A stretch of 64,000 bases of DNA from a virus (Duplodnaviria > Caudoviricetes). The notes under the pieces are model-generated. The model made no database searches. It saw only the letters and a program-made list of their open reading frames with translations, and was not told the origin of the DNA. Of the stretch, positions 28,017-37,197 are shown piece by piece (position 1 is the first letter of the stretch; each line of letters starts with the position of its first letter). Location: positions 1-64,000 of the IMG/VR virus record IMGVR_UViG_2919380674_000001; one strand, 5' to 3'. Made by a program: the position numbers and the translations under genes.

Positions 28017-28589
28017 ATGGCAAAAGACGGCACTAACCGGGGCGGTCGCCGCGTCCGTGCGGGAGCAAAGCCTGACCCGTTGAATGAGAAGCTTAGCTCT
28101 GGTCGCCCAGCAACCCGCCTTGAGGATCCGCTGGGTGAGCCTTTTGATTTTGAGGGCGGCGATATTGGGGATGGTGCGGTGCTTGCTGGCGAGACGATGC
28201 CCGAACCCTCCGACTACCTCTCTGACATTCAGCGTGATGGTAAACCACTCGGTGCTGACCTTGTCTACCGGGAAACGTGGCAGTGGCTTGATGCTCGTGG
28301 TTGTTCCCAGTTCGTCGCACCGCGCCTGATCGAATCCTATGCGCAGGCATTCGCCCGGTATGTGCAGTGTGAGCAGGCGATCTCGAAATTCGGTCTGCTT
28401 GGTAAGCATCCGACGACGGGTGCTGCGATAGCGTCCCCGTTCGTCGCGATGTCACAGAGTTTTGGTAAGCAGGCGAACGTGTATTGGTATGAGATTTACG
28501 AGATTGTTCGTGCTACTTGTACCAGTGATTATTCGGGTGTGGCTCCTGGTGATGAGGTGATGGAGCAGTTGCTTAAAGCCCGCTCGTAA
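28017..28589 (+). CDS. Terminase small subunit (P27 family)
   Basis: MAKDGTNRGGRRVRAG...LLGKHPTTGAAIASPFV. Confidence 0.88.
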   Translation: MAKDGTNRGGRRVRAGAKPDPLNEKLSSGRPATRLEDPLGEPFDFEGGDIGDGAVLAGETMPEPSDYLSDIQRDGKPLGADLVYRETWQWLDARGCSQFVAPRLIESYAQAFARYVQCEQAISKFGLLGKHPTTGAAIASPFVAMSQSFGKQANVYWYEIYEIVRATCTSDYSGVAPGDEVMEQLLKARS

Positions 28590-28594
28590 CCGTC

Positions 28595-28735
28595 TTATTT
28601 TTCGTCGTCTTCGTCTTTATTGAAGATGATCTCGTAGATCAGGCCGATAAGGAAGCCAATACCTACACATAGAGCGATGTTGTCCAAAAGGACACCAATC
28701 GCAGTTCCCATAATCAGGCCAATCCCGATCCCCAT
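28595..28735 (-). CDS. 46-aa glycine-zipper membrane peptide
   Basis: MGIGIGLIMGTAIGVLLDNIALCVGIGFLIGLI with a GGAGGAG RBS. Confidence 0.6.
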   Translation of the reverse strand: MGIGIGLIMGTAIGVLLDNIALCVGIGFLIGLIYEIIFNKDEDDEK

Positions 28736-28817
28736 TGATTCTCCTCCCCGTATTGACGCCGCTACGTCATCTAGTATCTCCCAAATATTTGTCCGCCCAT
28801 GGAAAGTGAGTGTGTGT

Positions 28818-30008
28818 ATGTCTATCACGAAGAGTGCTGAGGCTGTGTGTATTGGCCATCCCGATAAGCTCTGCGACAGAATCGCTGACACGATCCTTGA
28901 CGATATTCTCTACGAAGACCCCGCCGCCCGCGTCGCTGTCGAGGTCATGGCATCTGGCCACAAGATTATCGTGACCGGTGAGATCACAACGAAGGTACGT
29001 CCGCGTATTCGTGAATCGGTGCGCTACGCGTTGGTGGAGGCTGGTTATGTGCCGTGGAAGTTCCTTGTCTTCGTTTTCACTCGCCGCCAGTCCCCAGACA
29101 TCAACGCAGGAGTCACCCGATCGCTCGAGGCGCGCTTTGGTGATGATACCGAGTTCGCGTTGCAGGGTGCTGGCGATCAAGGAACGGTTTACGGTTACGC
29201 CACTGCTGAGACTCCTGAGCGTTTACCGTTGCCGCTTGTTTTGTCGCATGAGATTTGTCGCCGTCTTGATAATGCTCGTAAGGATGGCACTATTACTGGT
29301 ATTAAGTCTGATGGTAAGGCGCAGGTGACAGTTCGTTATGACGACGCTGGTAGGCCAGTTGCAATCGAGACCGTTGTGGTGTCGATCCAACACGATAAAA
29401 CCAAGGATCTGGATGAGCTCGCGGCTGAGGTGAAAACCCTGATCGTCGCACCTGCCTGTAAGCCGTACCTGCCGGTCAGCGCTGACACCGAGATTCTGGT
29501 GAATCCGTCGGGTGTGTTTACGGTGGGTGGGCCGAAAGCCGACACTGGCCTAACGGGTCGCAAGCTCATGGTTGATACTTATGGTGGGCTTGCCCCACAT
29601 GGTGGTGGGGCGTTCTCGGGTAAGGATGCTTCGAAGGTTGACCGGTCGGCTGCATATATGGCGCGCCTGATCGCTAAAACCATCGTCGATGCAGGTCTTG
29701 CTCGCGAGTGTCAGGTGAGTATTAGTTTTGCGATTGGGAAGGCTGACCCGGTTGCTTTCAGTGTTGACACTCTCGGCACGGGTGAGTACTCCGACGAGAT
29801 ACTCACGGCTGCAGCTTCCGAGGTGTTCTCGTTGCGTCCTGGTGGGATTATTGATGTTTTGAATCTTCGTAGACCTTGTTATGTCAGGTGTTCAAGTTAT
29901 GGGCATTTCGGTCGTGTTGGTTTGCCTTGGGAGAACTCGTTTGTTTATGTTGACGTGCTAGTAAAGGCGGTGAAGAAGCATGCTCATGAAAACGATGCCA
30001 ATCGCTGA
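28818..30008 (+). CDS. metK: Phage-encoded S-adenosylmethionine synthetase
   Basis: GHPDK, GAGDQG, DTGLTGRK, GGGAFSGKD. Confidence 0.95.
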   Translation: MSITKSAEAVCIGHPDKLCDRIADTILDDILYEDPAARVAVEVMASGHKIIVTGEITTKVRPRIRESVRYALVEAGYVPWKFLVFVFTRRQSPDINAGVTRSLEARFGDDTEFALQGAGDQGTVYGYATAETPERLPLPLVLSHEICRRLDNARKDGTITGIKSDGKAQVTVRYDDAGRPVAIETVVVSIQHDKTKDLDELAAEVKTLIVAPACKPYLPVSADTEILVNPSGVFTVGGPKADTGLTGRKLMVDTYGGLAPHGGGAFSGKDASKVDRSAAYMARLIAKTIVDAGLARECQVSISFAIGKADPVAFSVDTLGTGEYSDEILTAAASEVFSLRPGGIIDVLNLRRPCYVRCSSYGHFGRVGLPWENSFVYVDVLVKAVKKHAHENDANR

Positions 30009-31230
30009 ACTCACACCTGCTGACTACAATCCGCGTAAGGATCTCCAGCCAGGGGATCCCGAGTATGAGAAGCTCAAGCGGTCATTGTCCGAGTTTGGTT
30101 ACGTCGAGCCTGTCATCTGGAACCAAACGACTGGCAACATTGTTGGTGGTCATCAGCGTTTGAAGGTCCTTGAAGATCTCGGCCACGAGCATGTCGAGGT
30201 GATTGTTGTTGAGCTCGATTCGACGCGCGAGAAAGCACTCAATATCGCGTTGAATAAGATTAGTGGCGAGTGGGACAATGACAAACTCGCACTCTTGATT
30301 GCTGATCTTGACGCGAGTGATTTTGATGCTGAGCTCACCGGTTTTGATGAGGCTGAGATTGCGCAGTTGATTGGTTCGCTCGATGAGGGCGAAGTCGAGG
30401 ATGACGGTTTCGATCTCACCGCTGCACTTGAAGCGGCTGCGTTCGTGGAGCGTGGGGATGTGTGGACGGTTGGTCGCCACCGCCTCGTGTGTGGCGACGC
30501 CGCCTCGCAAGCGGATGTTGAGCTGTTGATGGATGGCAAGAAAGCCAATCTTGTGTTGACCGATCCGCCGTACAATGTCGCCTTCGAATCAGGGTCGGGT
30601 TTGTCGATTAAGAACGACAAGATGGATGGCGATAAGTTCTATGACTTCTTGCTATCGGCGTTTACGAATATGGCTGGGGTGTGTGAGAAAGGCGCGTCCG
30701 CTTATGTTTTCCATGCCGACACTGAAGGCTTGAACTTCCGTCGCGCCTTCGCCGAGGCCGGATTCTATCTTTCGGGGTGTTGTATCTGGGTTAAAGATTC
30801 CCTCGTCCTGGGCCGATCCCCGTATCAGTGGCAGCACGAGCCTGTTCTGTTTGGCTGGGTGAAGACGGGTAAACACCGGTGGTATACGGATCGCAAGCAG
30901 ACCACGGTGTGGAATTTTGCTAAGCCACGCAAGAATGCCGATCACCCAACCAGCAAGCCACTGGATTTGTTGGCGTATCCGATTGGGAACTCGACCCAGG
31001 TCAACGCGATAGTGCTCGATATCTTCGCTGGCTCAGGTTCCACGCTCATGGCGTGTGAGGCTACCGACCGCATCTGTTATGCGATGGAGCTCGACGAGAA
31101 ATACGCCTCCGTGATTTTGCGCCGGTATGCCGAACATACAGGGGACGCGGCAGGAATTACCTGCCTTAGGGGTGGCAGAGAATACGCGTATTTGGATTTG
31201 ATGCGCGATGTTGATCGGGGTGAATCGTGA
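29980..31230 (+). CDS. ParB-like domain plus N6/N4 DNA methyltransferase
   Basis: YNPRK...GGHQR ParB domain; TDPPYN, HPTSKP, DIFAGSGST. Confidence 0.92.
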   Translation: MLMKTMPIAELTPADYNPRKDLQPGDPEYEKLKRSLSEFGYVEPVIWNQTTGNIVGGHQRLKVLEDLGHEHVEVIVVELDSTREKALNIALNKISGEWDNDKLALLIADLDASDFDAELTGFDEAEIAQLIGSLDEGEVEDDGFDLTAALEAAAFVERGDVWTVGRHRLVCGDAASQADVELLMDGKKANLVLTDPPYNVAFESGSGLSIKNDKMDGDKFYDFLLSAFTNMAGVCEKGASAYVFHADTEGLNFRRAFAEAGFYLSGCCIWVKDSLVLGRSPYQWQHEPVLFGWVKTGKHRWYTDRKQTTVWNFAKPRKNADHPTSKPLDLLAYPIGNSTQVNAIVLDIFAGSGSTLMACEATDRICYAMELDEKYASVILRRYAEHTGDAAGITCLRGGREYAYLDLMRDVDRGES

Positions 31231-32738
31231 GTGCTTTGACGTTGGGGTCCTTGTTTGATGGCTCGGGCGGTTTCCCTTTAGCTGCCAAAATGGTTGGTAT
31301 CAAACCGATGTGGGCATCTGAGGTAGACCCCTTCGCTATCCGGGTAACTAGGAAAAATCTGCCTGAAGTGACCCATGTTGGCGATATTAATTTGTTAGAT
31401 GGTGGCCGGTTACAACCGGTGGATGTGATCACGTTTGGTTCACCTTGTCAGGATTTATCTATCGCAGGTAAAAGGAGCGGGATTGAAGGGTCTCGCTCCT
31501 CACTGTTTTACCAAGCTGTGCGAATTATTGAAGAAATGAGGCAAGCAACTCATGGTATCTACCCAAGATATGCTGTGTGGGAAAACGTGCCAGGCGCATT
31601 CTCCTCAAACCACGGGGCCGACTTCGCCGCGGTCTTGCAAGCGTTTATCGAGGTATCCTGCCAGCAAACGCCACGCATTCCTGTTCCTGAAACCAGCTGG
31701 GCAACCAGCGGATACGTCTTGGCAGATGGGGCATCACTTGCATGGCGAGTGCTCGATGCTCAATTTTTCGGAGTGCCCCAACGTCGTCGTCGTATCTTCC
31801 TTGTCGCAGATTTTGCAGGACAATCCGCACCCGAGATTCTATTTGAGTCCCGAAGCAGCACAAGGAATCCTGACGCGAGCAAAGAAGAAAAACAAAACCC
31901 TGCCCAAGCAATTAGCCCAAGCACTACAGGCAACCGGTGCGGGGCGTTAACTCTTCGTATGCGTGCCGGTAAGCCAGGCGGTGGTAAAGGGCCGTTGATT
32001 CAGCATGACCTTTCAGGCACATTGGGAACTGGTGCTGACCAAGTCTTATTTGAACCTAGCATGCAGGTGATGCTTGATTACCATCCCAATGATTCACGCA
32101 TTGAAATTGGCGACCAGGTAACAAGTCAAACCTTAACTTCACGAATGGGAACAGGAGGTGGAAATGTTCCACTCCTACTCGACCAACCTGTATACGGTAT
32201 AAATTCCGTCCACGACAATCGTAAATATGGTGGTGAATGCGGTTACGAAACCACTGTGGCAAAAACTCTTGATTTAGCTGGCGGTAATCCCGCATGCAAT
32301 CAAGGCGGAATGATCATACTCGAACCAGTCTATACTTCTTCGAAATCTGATCATTTCACCAGGGCAACCACAAATGTTGCTGGTGCACTTTTGGCGAGTG
32401 ATTCACACCAGCCACCCATTGTTGGTAATACAATGCTTCGCCCACGCAAACTCACACCCCTTGAATGTTCTCGTCTACAAGGATTCCCAGACTATTGGTG
32501 TCAAAACCTTGAAAACCTGACTCCTGAAATCGATGAAATCATTTACTGGGAAAACATTTGGAAACACTGGAACCAGATACGAGCGGTAAAACCGAAAACT
32601 CGCAGTCAAATCACTACTTGGCTGAAAACTGAGCCAACTGATTCAGCACAGTACAAACTGTGGGGAAATGGGGTGGCATTACCAGTAGTGAAATACGTCC
32701 TAAACAGACTACAAAAAACAGCCAAAACAACTGGATAA
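31227..32738 (+). CDS. C5-cytosine DNA methyltransferase
   Basis: SLFDGSGG, GSPCQD, ENVPG, QRRRR, RLQGFP, GNGV. Confidence 0.92.
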   Translation: MSALTLGSLFDGSGGFPLAAKMVGIKPMWASEVDPFAIRVTRKNLPEVTHVGDINLLDGGRLQPVDVITFGSPCQDLSIAGKRSGIEGSRSSLFYQAVRIIEEMRQATHGIYPRYAVWENVPGAFSSNHGADFAAVLQAFIEVSCQQTPRIPVPETSWATSGYVLADGASLAWRVLDAQFFGVPQRRRRIFLVADFAGQSAPEILFESRSSTRNPDASKEEKQNPAQAISPSTTGNRCGALTLRMRAGKPGGGKGPLIQHDLSGTLGTGADQVLFEPSMQVMLDYHPNDSRIEIGDQVTSQTLTSRMGTGGGNVPLLLDQPVYGINSVHDNRKYGGECGYETTVAKTLDLAGGNPACNQGGMIILEPVYTSSKSDHFTRATTNVAGALLASDSHQPPIVGNTMLRPRKLTPLECSRLQGFPDYWCQNLENLTPEIDEIIYWENIWKHWNQIRAVKPKTRSQITTWLKTEPTDSAQYKLWGNGVALPVVKYVLNRLQKTAKTTG

Positions 32739-32772
32739 GCACGGCACTCTATGGCTGACGCTTCTATATTTG

Positions 32773-33852
32773 TCAAGCTGCGAGAGTGACTTGTTTGCGG
32801 GTTAGTTCTTTGGTGAGGTGCCGGTAGATTTTGCGTGCGAGGTAACGTTTTATCAGCCGAATAGTCTCGCGTTTGGTTTTTCCTTCGGCTAGTCGTTTTT
32901 CCATGTAAGCGCGGGTCTGGTCATCGTTTCTCAGGCGTACGAGAGCCACGGTATGTAGAGCGTTATTGAGTGCTCGGTCTCCGCCTCTGTTGAGCCGGTA
33001 GCGTACCTTGTTTCCTGACGATGCTGGTATAGGGCTTGTCCCCGCTAGGGCAGCGAAAGCCGCTTCGCTTTTGACCCTGCCCACGTGGGAGTAAGAGATA
33101 ATCATTTGCGCGGCGGTGACAGGGCCTACTCCTGGCATTTCAAGTAGTGTTGGGGCTACTAGTTCAACGAGCATTGCCAGTTGTGCTTGGTTTTCTGCCA
33201 GTTGTGTTCGAGCGTCAATGATGGTTTTGGCTAGGCGTTTTGCTTCTTGTTTGGCAACGAGTACGTCGATAGCGTCACCGGGTTGTGCCTCAAGTGCGGC
33301 GATTTGGTGGATCTGTTTTACCGACAGTGCTCGTCTGGCATCAATGCCAAGGTCTGTACAGCGGGTCAGAGCTGTCAACGAGTTGATGTTAACGGTTGTG
33401 GCACGTGTGAGCTGTTTCCTAGCAGCAACCAGGATACGCAGAGCCTCACGATAATCTCCTTGTTTTGGGATAGTCAGCTCGGTTTCATCTTTACCAAGAG
33501 TCCTAGCGGCGATCTGAAAGGCGTCAATTACATCGTTTTTAGCGAGTTTCTTACGACCCCTTACTAACAGGCGTGGGGCTTCAACCACGCGGTAACCTGC
33601 CTGCTCTAAAGCAACACGGAACCTAGTGCCATAGGAGGCTGTGCCTTCCATAGATACTAAAACCTCACGTAAATCAGCTCTTGTGTGTTTGGTGATCCAT
33701 TCTTGCGCGCGGACGTGTCCTTGAGAAGTGTTGGCGAACGTCTGACAGACGATTTCAGCACCTGTGGCGCACTCTAGGATCGATAACACATGGTTTCTGG
33801 CGTGTGTATCGACGCCTACGATGAAACGGTAGAGGTGTGCGACAATTGCCAT
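32773..33852 (-). CDS. IS110 DEDD recombinase/transposase
   Basis: VGVDTH, MEGTASYG, KNDVIDA, PGVGPV, PIPASSG...RLNRGGDR. Confidence 0.95.
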   Translation of the reverse strand: MAIVAHLYRFIVGVDTHARNHVLSILECATGAEIVCQTFANTSQGHVRAQEWITKHTRADLREVLVSMEGTASYGTRFRVALEQAGYRVVEAPRLLVRGRKKLAKNDVIDAFQIAARTLGKDETELTIPKQGDYREALRILVAARKQLTRATTVNINSLTALTRCTDLGIDARRALSVKQIHQIAALEAQPGDAIDVLVAKQEAKRLAKTIIDARTQLAENQAQLAMLVELVAPTLLEMPGVGPVTAAQMIISYSHVGRVKSEAAFAALAGTSPIPASSGNKVRYRLNRGGDRALNNALHTVALVRLRNDDQTRAYMEKRLAEGKTKRETIRLIKRYLARKIYRHLTKELTRKQVTLAA

Positions 33853-33944
33853 ATGGATTCAACCTCCTCGGTTGTTGAAACGTTGGGTTGTTTCTTACCT
33901 TGAGGTCTGATCCGGCATCGCGTTCTTAGAGTCGTGTCTAGGAC

Positions 33945-34150
33945 TTGGTTTGCTGGCAATACTGTGACGAGTCACGCCAACGAAAACTGGCGGACATGCT
34001 TCTAATCAAGCCAATACATACCGGCCGGGTCAGACCACAACCCCGGTAGCGGACATGTCAGCCAAAAAGCACCAGAAACTTTGCTCCCCCTTACAGGGAG
34101 ATCAATATCTCTGCGCCGGTATATACACGAGTCACGCCACCAGAGCTATG
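33945..34150 (-). ncRNA. IS110 bridge RNA (boundaries approximate)
   Basis: Non-coding region 5' of the transposase contains four short segments matching both target flanks and both element ends, plus duplicated GAGTCACGCCA and GCGGACAT scaffold motifs. Confidence 0.7.
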
Positions 34151-34236
34151 GTCTAATCCTGCCAGCCGATCCCAGACCAGCCACACCCAAAAGTCTCACA
34201 GTATGTACATGACCAAACAAGAGAAGGAGCAAGGTC

Positions 34237-34431
34237 ATGAACAGCTTCGAACGCGACAAGCAAGCCATCCACGACGGTGACACCATCGAGGTAATGCGCC
34301 GCCGCAAGGCCGAGATCACCGCCCTAGAAAACAAGCTGGGACGGGAGAAGAACACCTTCCGCGCCTCCATCATCGTCCACCAGCTCGAAGCCCGCCGGGC
34401 CGAATACGCCGCGCTCGACGCCCTGATCTAA
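34237..34431 (+). CDS. Small hypothetical phage protein
   Basis: AAGGAG RBS, 64 aa, followed by a terminator. Confidence 0.65.
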   Translation: MNSFERDKQAIHDGDTIEVMRRRKAEITALENKLGREKNTFRASIIVHQLEARRAEYAALDALI

Positions 34432-34490
34432 ACCCCAGCACAACGCGCCTGTACCTACATGGTTTGGGCGCTGTGCTCTGAGAACTTTTC

Positions 34491-34514
34491 GCCCCGCTTG
34501 TTGGGGCTTTTCTT
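34491..34514 (+). terminator. Rho-independent terminator
   Basis: GCCCC-gcttgtt-GGGGC followed by TTTTCTT. Confidence 0.55.
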
Positions 34515-34541
34515 ATGCCACTGGAGAGGAGGTGAATCGCG

Positions 34542-36146
34542 ATGCGTCAACTAGACACCTATACGCCAACCCGGTTCATGGCTGACGGCTCAACCTATGA
34601 CAAGCGCAAAGCCGACTATGCGGTGGCCTTCATCCAAGCCTTGAAGCACACGAAGGGTCGCTGGTCAGGCAAACCCTTCCAGCTCATTGATTGGCAAGAG
34701 CAGATCATCCGTGACCTGTTCGGAACCGTCAAGGCTGACGGGTTTAGGCAGTTCACTACCGCCTATGTTGAGATCCCTAAGAAGATGGGCAAGTCGGAGC
34801 TCGCCGCCGCCGTCGCGCTCCTGCTCACCTGCGGGGATGGTGAAGAACGCGCCGAAGTTTATGGGTGCGCTGCAGACCGCCAGCAAGCATCCATTGTGTT
34901 CGAGGTCGCGGCTGACATGGTACGCATGAGCCCAGCCCTCTCGAAGCGAGTAAAGATTCTTTCTTCACAAAAGCGCATTATTTACAAGCCCACCAACTCC
35001 TTCTACCAAGTCCTAAGTGCAGAGGCGTACAGCAAGCACGGGTTTAATATCTCCGGGGTCGTCTTCGACGAACTCCACACCCAACCAAACCGCGCCCTCT
35101 TCGACGTCATGACCAAAGGTTCTGGTGATGCTCGCACCCAGCCGTTGTACTTCCTCATCACAACAGCGGGTACCGATACACATTCGATTTGTTATGAGCA
35201 GCATGAGAAAGCCGAAGACATCCTCGCAGGCAAGAAACATGACCCGACGTTCTATCCAGTGATTTACGGGGCGGAGCGCGAAGACGACTGGACGGACGAA
35301 AAAGTCTGGGCGAAGGCTAACCCTTCTCTAGGGATCACCGTCCCGATCGAGAAGGTTCGCCAAGCCTGCACGAGCGCGAAACAAAACCCAGCCGAAGAAA
35401 ACACCTTCCGACAACTTCGCCTCAACCAGTGGGTCAAACAAAGCGTGCGGTGGATGCCCATGCACATCTGGAACGCTAACAACGCACCTGTTGGTCTGTC
35501 CGATTTGGAGGGGCATGTGTGTTACGGCGGGCTTGATCTAGCCTCGACGACAGATATCACGGCGTTCGTGCTCGTCTTCCCACCCGAAACCGGTGATGAA
35601 GCGTATGTGATTGCGCCGTGGTTTTGGATACCTGAAGACAACCTCAAACTAAGGGTTTCCCGTGACCACGTGCCCTACGACCTATGGCAGCAGCAAGGCT
35701 ACCTAAATACCACGGAAGGTAACGTCGTCCACTACGGCGCGATCGAAACCTTCATTGAACAGCTAGGTGAACGGTTTGATATTCGTGAGATTGCGTTCGA
35801 CCGGTGGGGAGCAGTCCAAATGAGCCAAAACCTCGAAGCCTCAGGTTTCACCGTTGTCCCGTTCGGGCAAGGCTTCAAAGACATGAGCCCGCCCTCGAAG
35901 GAGCTGATGAAACTCGCACTCGAAGGACGCCTAGCGCACGGCGGGCACCCGGTGCTGTCATGGATGGTCGACAACATTCACGTGCGTACCGACCCGGCAG
36001 GCAACATCAAACCTGACAAACAAAAGAGCACCGAGAAGATCGACGGCGTGGTCGCAACCATCATGGCCCTCGACCGCGCCATCCGAAACGGCACCGGACA
36101 CATCAGCGGAAGTGTTTATGACGAGCGCGGATTGTTAGTATTTTGA
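34542..36146 (+). CDS. terL: Terminase large subunit
   Basis: IPKKMGKS, VFDELH, GLDLAST, KIDGVVA. Confidence 0.95.
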   Translation: MRQLDTYTPTRFMADGSTYDKRKADYAVAFIQALKHTKGRWSGKPFQLIDWQEQIIRDLFGTVKADGFRQFTTAYVEIPKKMGKSELAAAVALLLTCGDGEERAEVYGCAADRQQASIVFEVAADMVRMSPALSKRVKILSSQKRIIYKPTNSFYQVLSAEAYSKHGFNISGVVFDELHTQPNRALFDVMTKGSGDARTQPLYFLITTAGTDTHSICYEQHEKAEDILAGKKHDPTFYPVIYGAEREDDWTDEKVWAKANPSLGITVPIEKVRQACTSAKQNPAEENTFRQLRLNQWVKQSVRWMPMHIWNANNAPVGLSDLEGHVCYGGLDLASTTDITAFVLVFPPETGDEAYVIAPWFWIPEDNLKLRVSRDHVPYDLWQQQGYLNTTEGNVVHYGAIETFIEQLGERFDIREIAFDRWGAVQMSQNLEASGFTVVPFGQGFKDMSPPSKELMKLALEGRLAHGGHPVLSWMVDNIHVRTDPAGNIKPDKQKSTEKIDGVVATIMALDRAIRNGTGHISGSVYDERGLLVF

Positions 36147-36327
36147 ATTCCAAATCAATATGCTTGTTGACTGTGCGAATGAAGAGTGCGTTAGAATAAC
36201 GCTAACACTTTAAGCAACAAGGAAGTTGTGTAATAGTGTGTTGTTCCGTGGCGGACATCAATACTCACTGTGGGGCAGATGTTGCCAGAGCAAAATCATG
36301 TAATGAAGCATGCTAAGGAGAAATATT

Positions 36328-36888
36328 ATGACAGCTAAAACAGCGATTATAGCAGCTATCACGAGTGCTACCCTCTCTATGTCAAGCGTAGGAGTCGCAA
36401 CAGCTGCAGATATAAATACTGTAGGTGGAGGAAATACTGAAGTCTCTGTAATGAACTCCGATATAGCTTCGAGCCAGGAATTAGAGCAACTTGCGCAAGA
36501 GCTAGAAAATATTTTTGCTACATATTTGTCTCAGAATGATGCAGGACGTTGGTATGTCACTGAGGCGGGGTATATGTCGCATGTCAATAAAGCGGATCTT
36601 GAAGTGATAGCAGCAAGATTGAATGGCGAGCCATTTGTCAATAATACTGCTATTCAAACTAGATCCAGCGATTACACAAAATGCGTAATTGATGTTACAG
36701 GGCTTGGAGCTATTGCGGGATTATTTACTGGAGCTTTTACCAAGCTAATCGAAAGACAACTTTGGAAGGAAGCTGCTCTTTATATCGTTAAAATTGTAGG
36801 GAAAAATGCAATTAAAGGCGGCGTTGTAGGTCTTGCTGCATCATTGGCTGCATCTGCTATTTGGTGTGCGACTCCGTGGTCGCGGTAG
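36328..36888 (+). CDS. Secreted bacteriocin-like protein (moron)
   Basis: Signal peptide ending VATA-A; hydrophobic Gly/Ala-rich C-terminal domain bracketed by two Cys; low GC. Confidence 0.55.
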   Translation: MTAKTAIIAAITSATLSMSSVGVATAADINTVGGGNTEVSVMNSDIASSQELEQLAQELENIFATYLSQNDAGRWYVTEAGYMSHVNKADLEVIAARLNGEPFVNNTAIQTRSSDYTKCVIDVTGLGAIAGLFTGAFTKLIERQLWKEAALYIVKIVGKNAIKGGVVGLAASLAASAIWCATPWSR

Positions 36889-36913
36889 TGAAACGGGAGG
36901 GAGGAAGATTCTC

Positions 36914-37111
36914 ATGTCACAGAAGCTCCGATACGTTTTACAGGCGGTTGTATGTACAGCATTGATCGGTCTCTTATTTTTTATTGGTACCTTGACTTCT
37001 GAGTTTTTTAACGACATAGTGCACGAGAATATGGCTGCAGTTGTGGTGATCTCGGTGGTATTTCCCGCAGTTACCATGTATTTAAAGTACGACTCCGAGA
37101 AACAAAAGTAG
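36914..37111 (+). CDS. 65-aa two-TM protein, candidate immunity protein
   Basis: GGGAGG RBS; two hydrophobic helices; directly downstream of the secreted protein. Confidence 0.55.
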   Translation: MSQKLRYVLQAVVCTALIGLLFFIGTLTSEFFNDIVHENMAAVVVISVVFPAVTMYLKYDSEKQK

Positions 37112-37127
37112 TATTTTCTTCCATTGG

Positions 37128-37164
37128 AATTGCCCTTCACATTTCCCAAGGTTGAAGGGCAATT
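37128..37164. terminator. Hairpin closing the moron
   Basis: AATTGCCCTTCA...TGAAGGGCAATT. Confidence 0.6.
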
Positions 37165-37197
37165 TCATGTTGTCAGCTTTAGAGAGGCTGGTTTCTT

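Larger units (their letters stand above)
32757..34200 (-). mobile_element. IS110-family element (no terminal IRs) inserted in a phage promoter-like motif
   Basis: Removing 32757-34200 restores CTGGATAAGCACGGCACTCTATGGCT-GTATGTACA, which resembles the intact motif at 53457-53492. Confidence 0.8.

Noticed and set aside
27657-28409. 250-aa minus-strand ORF
   Set aside because: Its N-terminal part is the shadow of terS; only the part from 27950 has an RBS.
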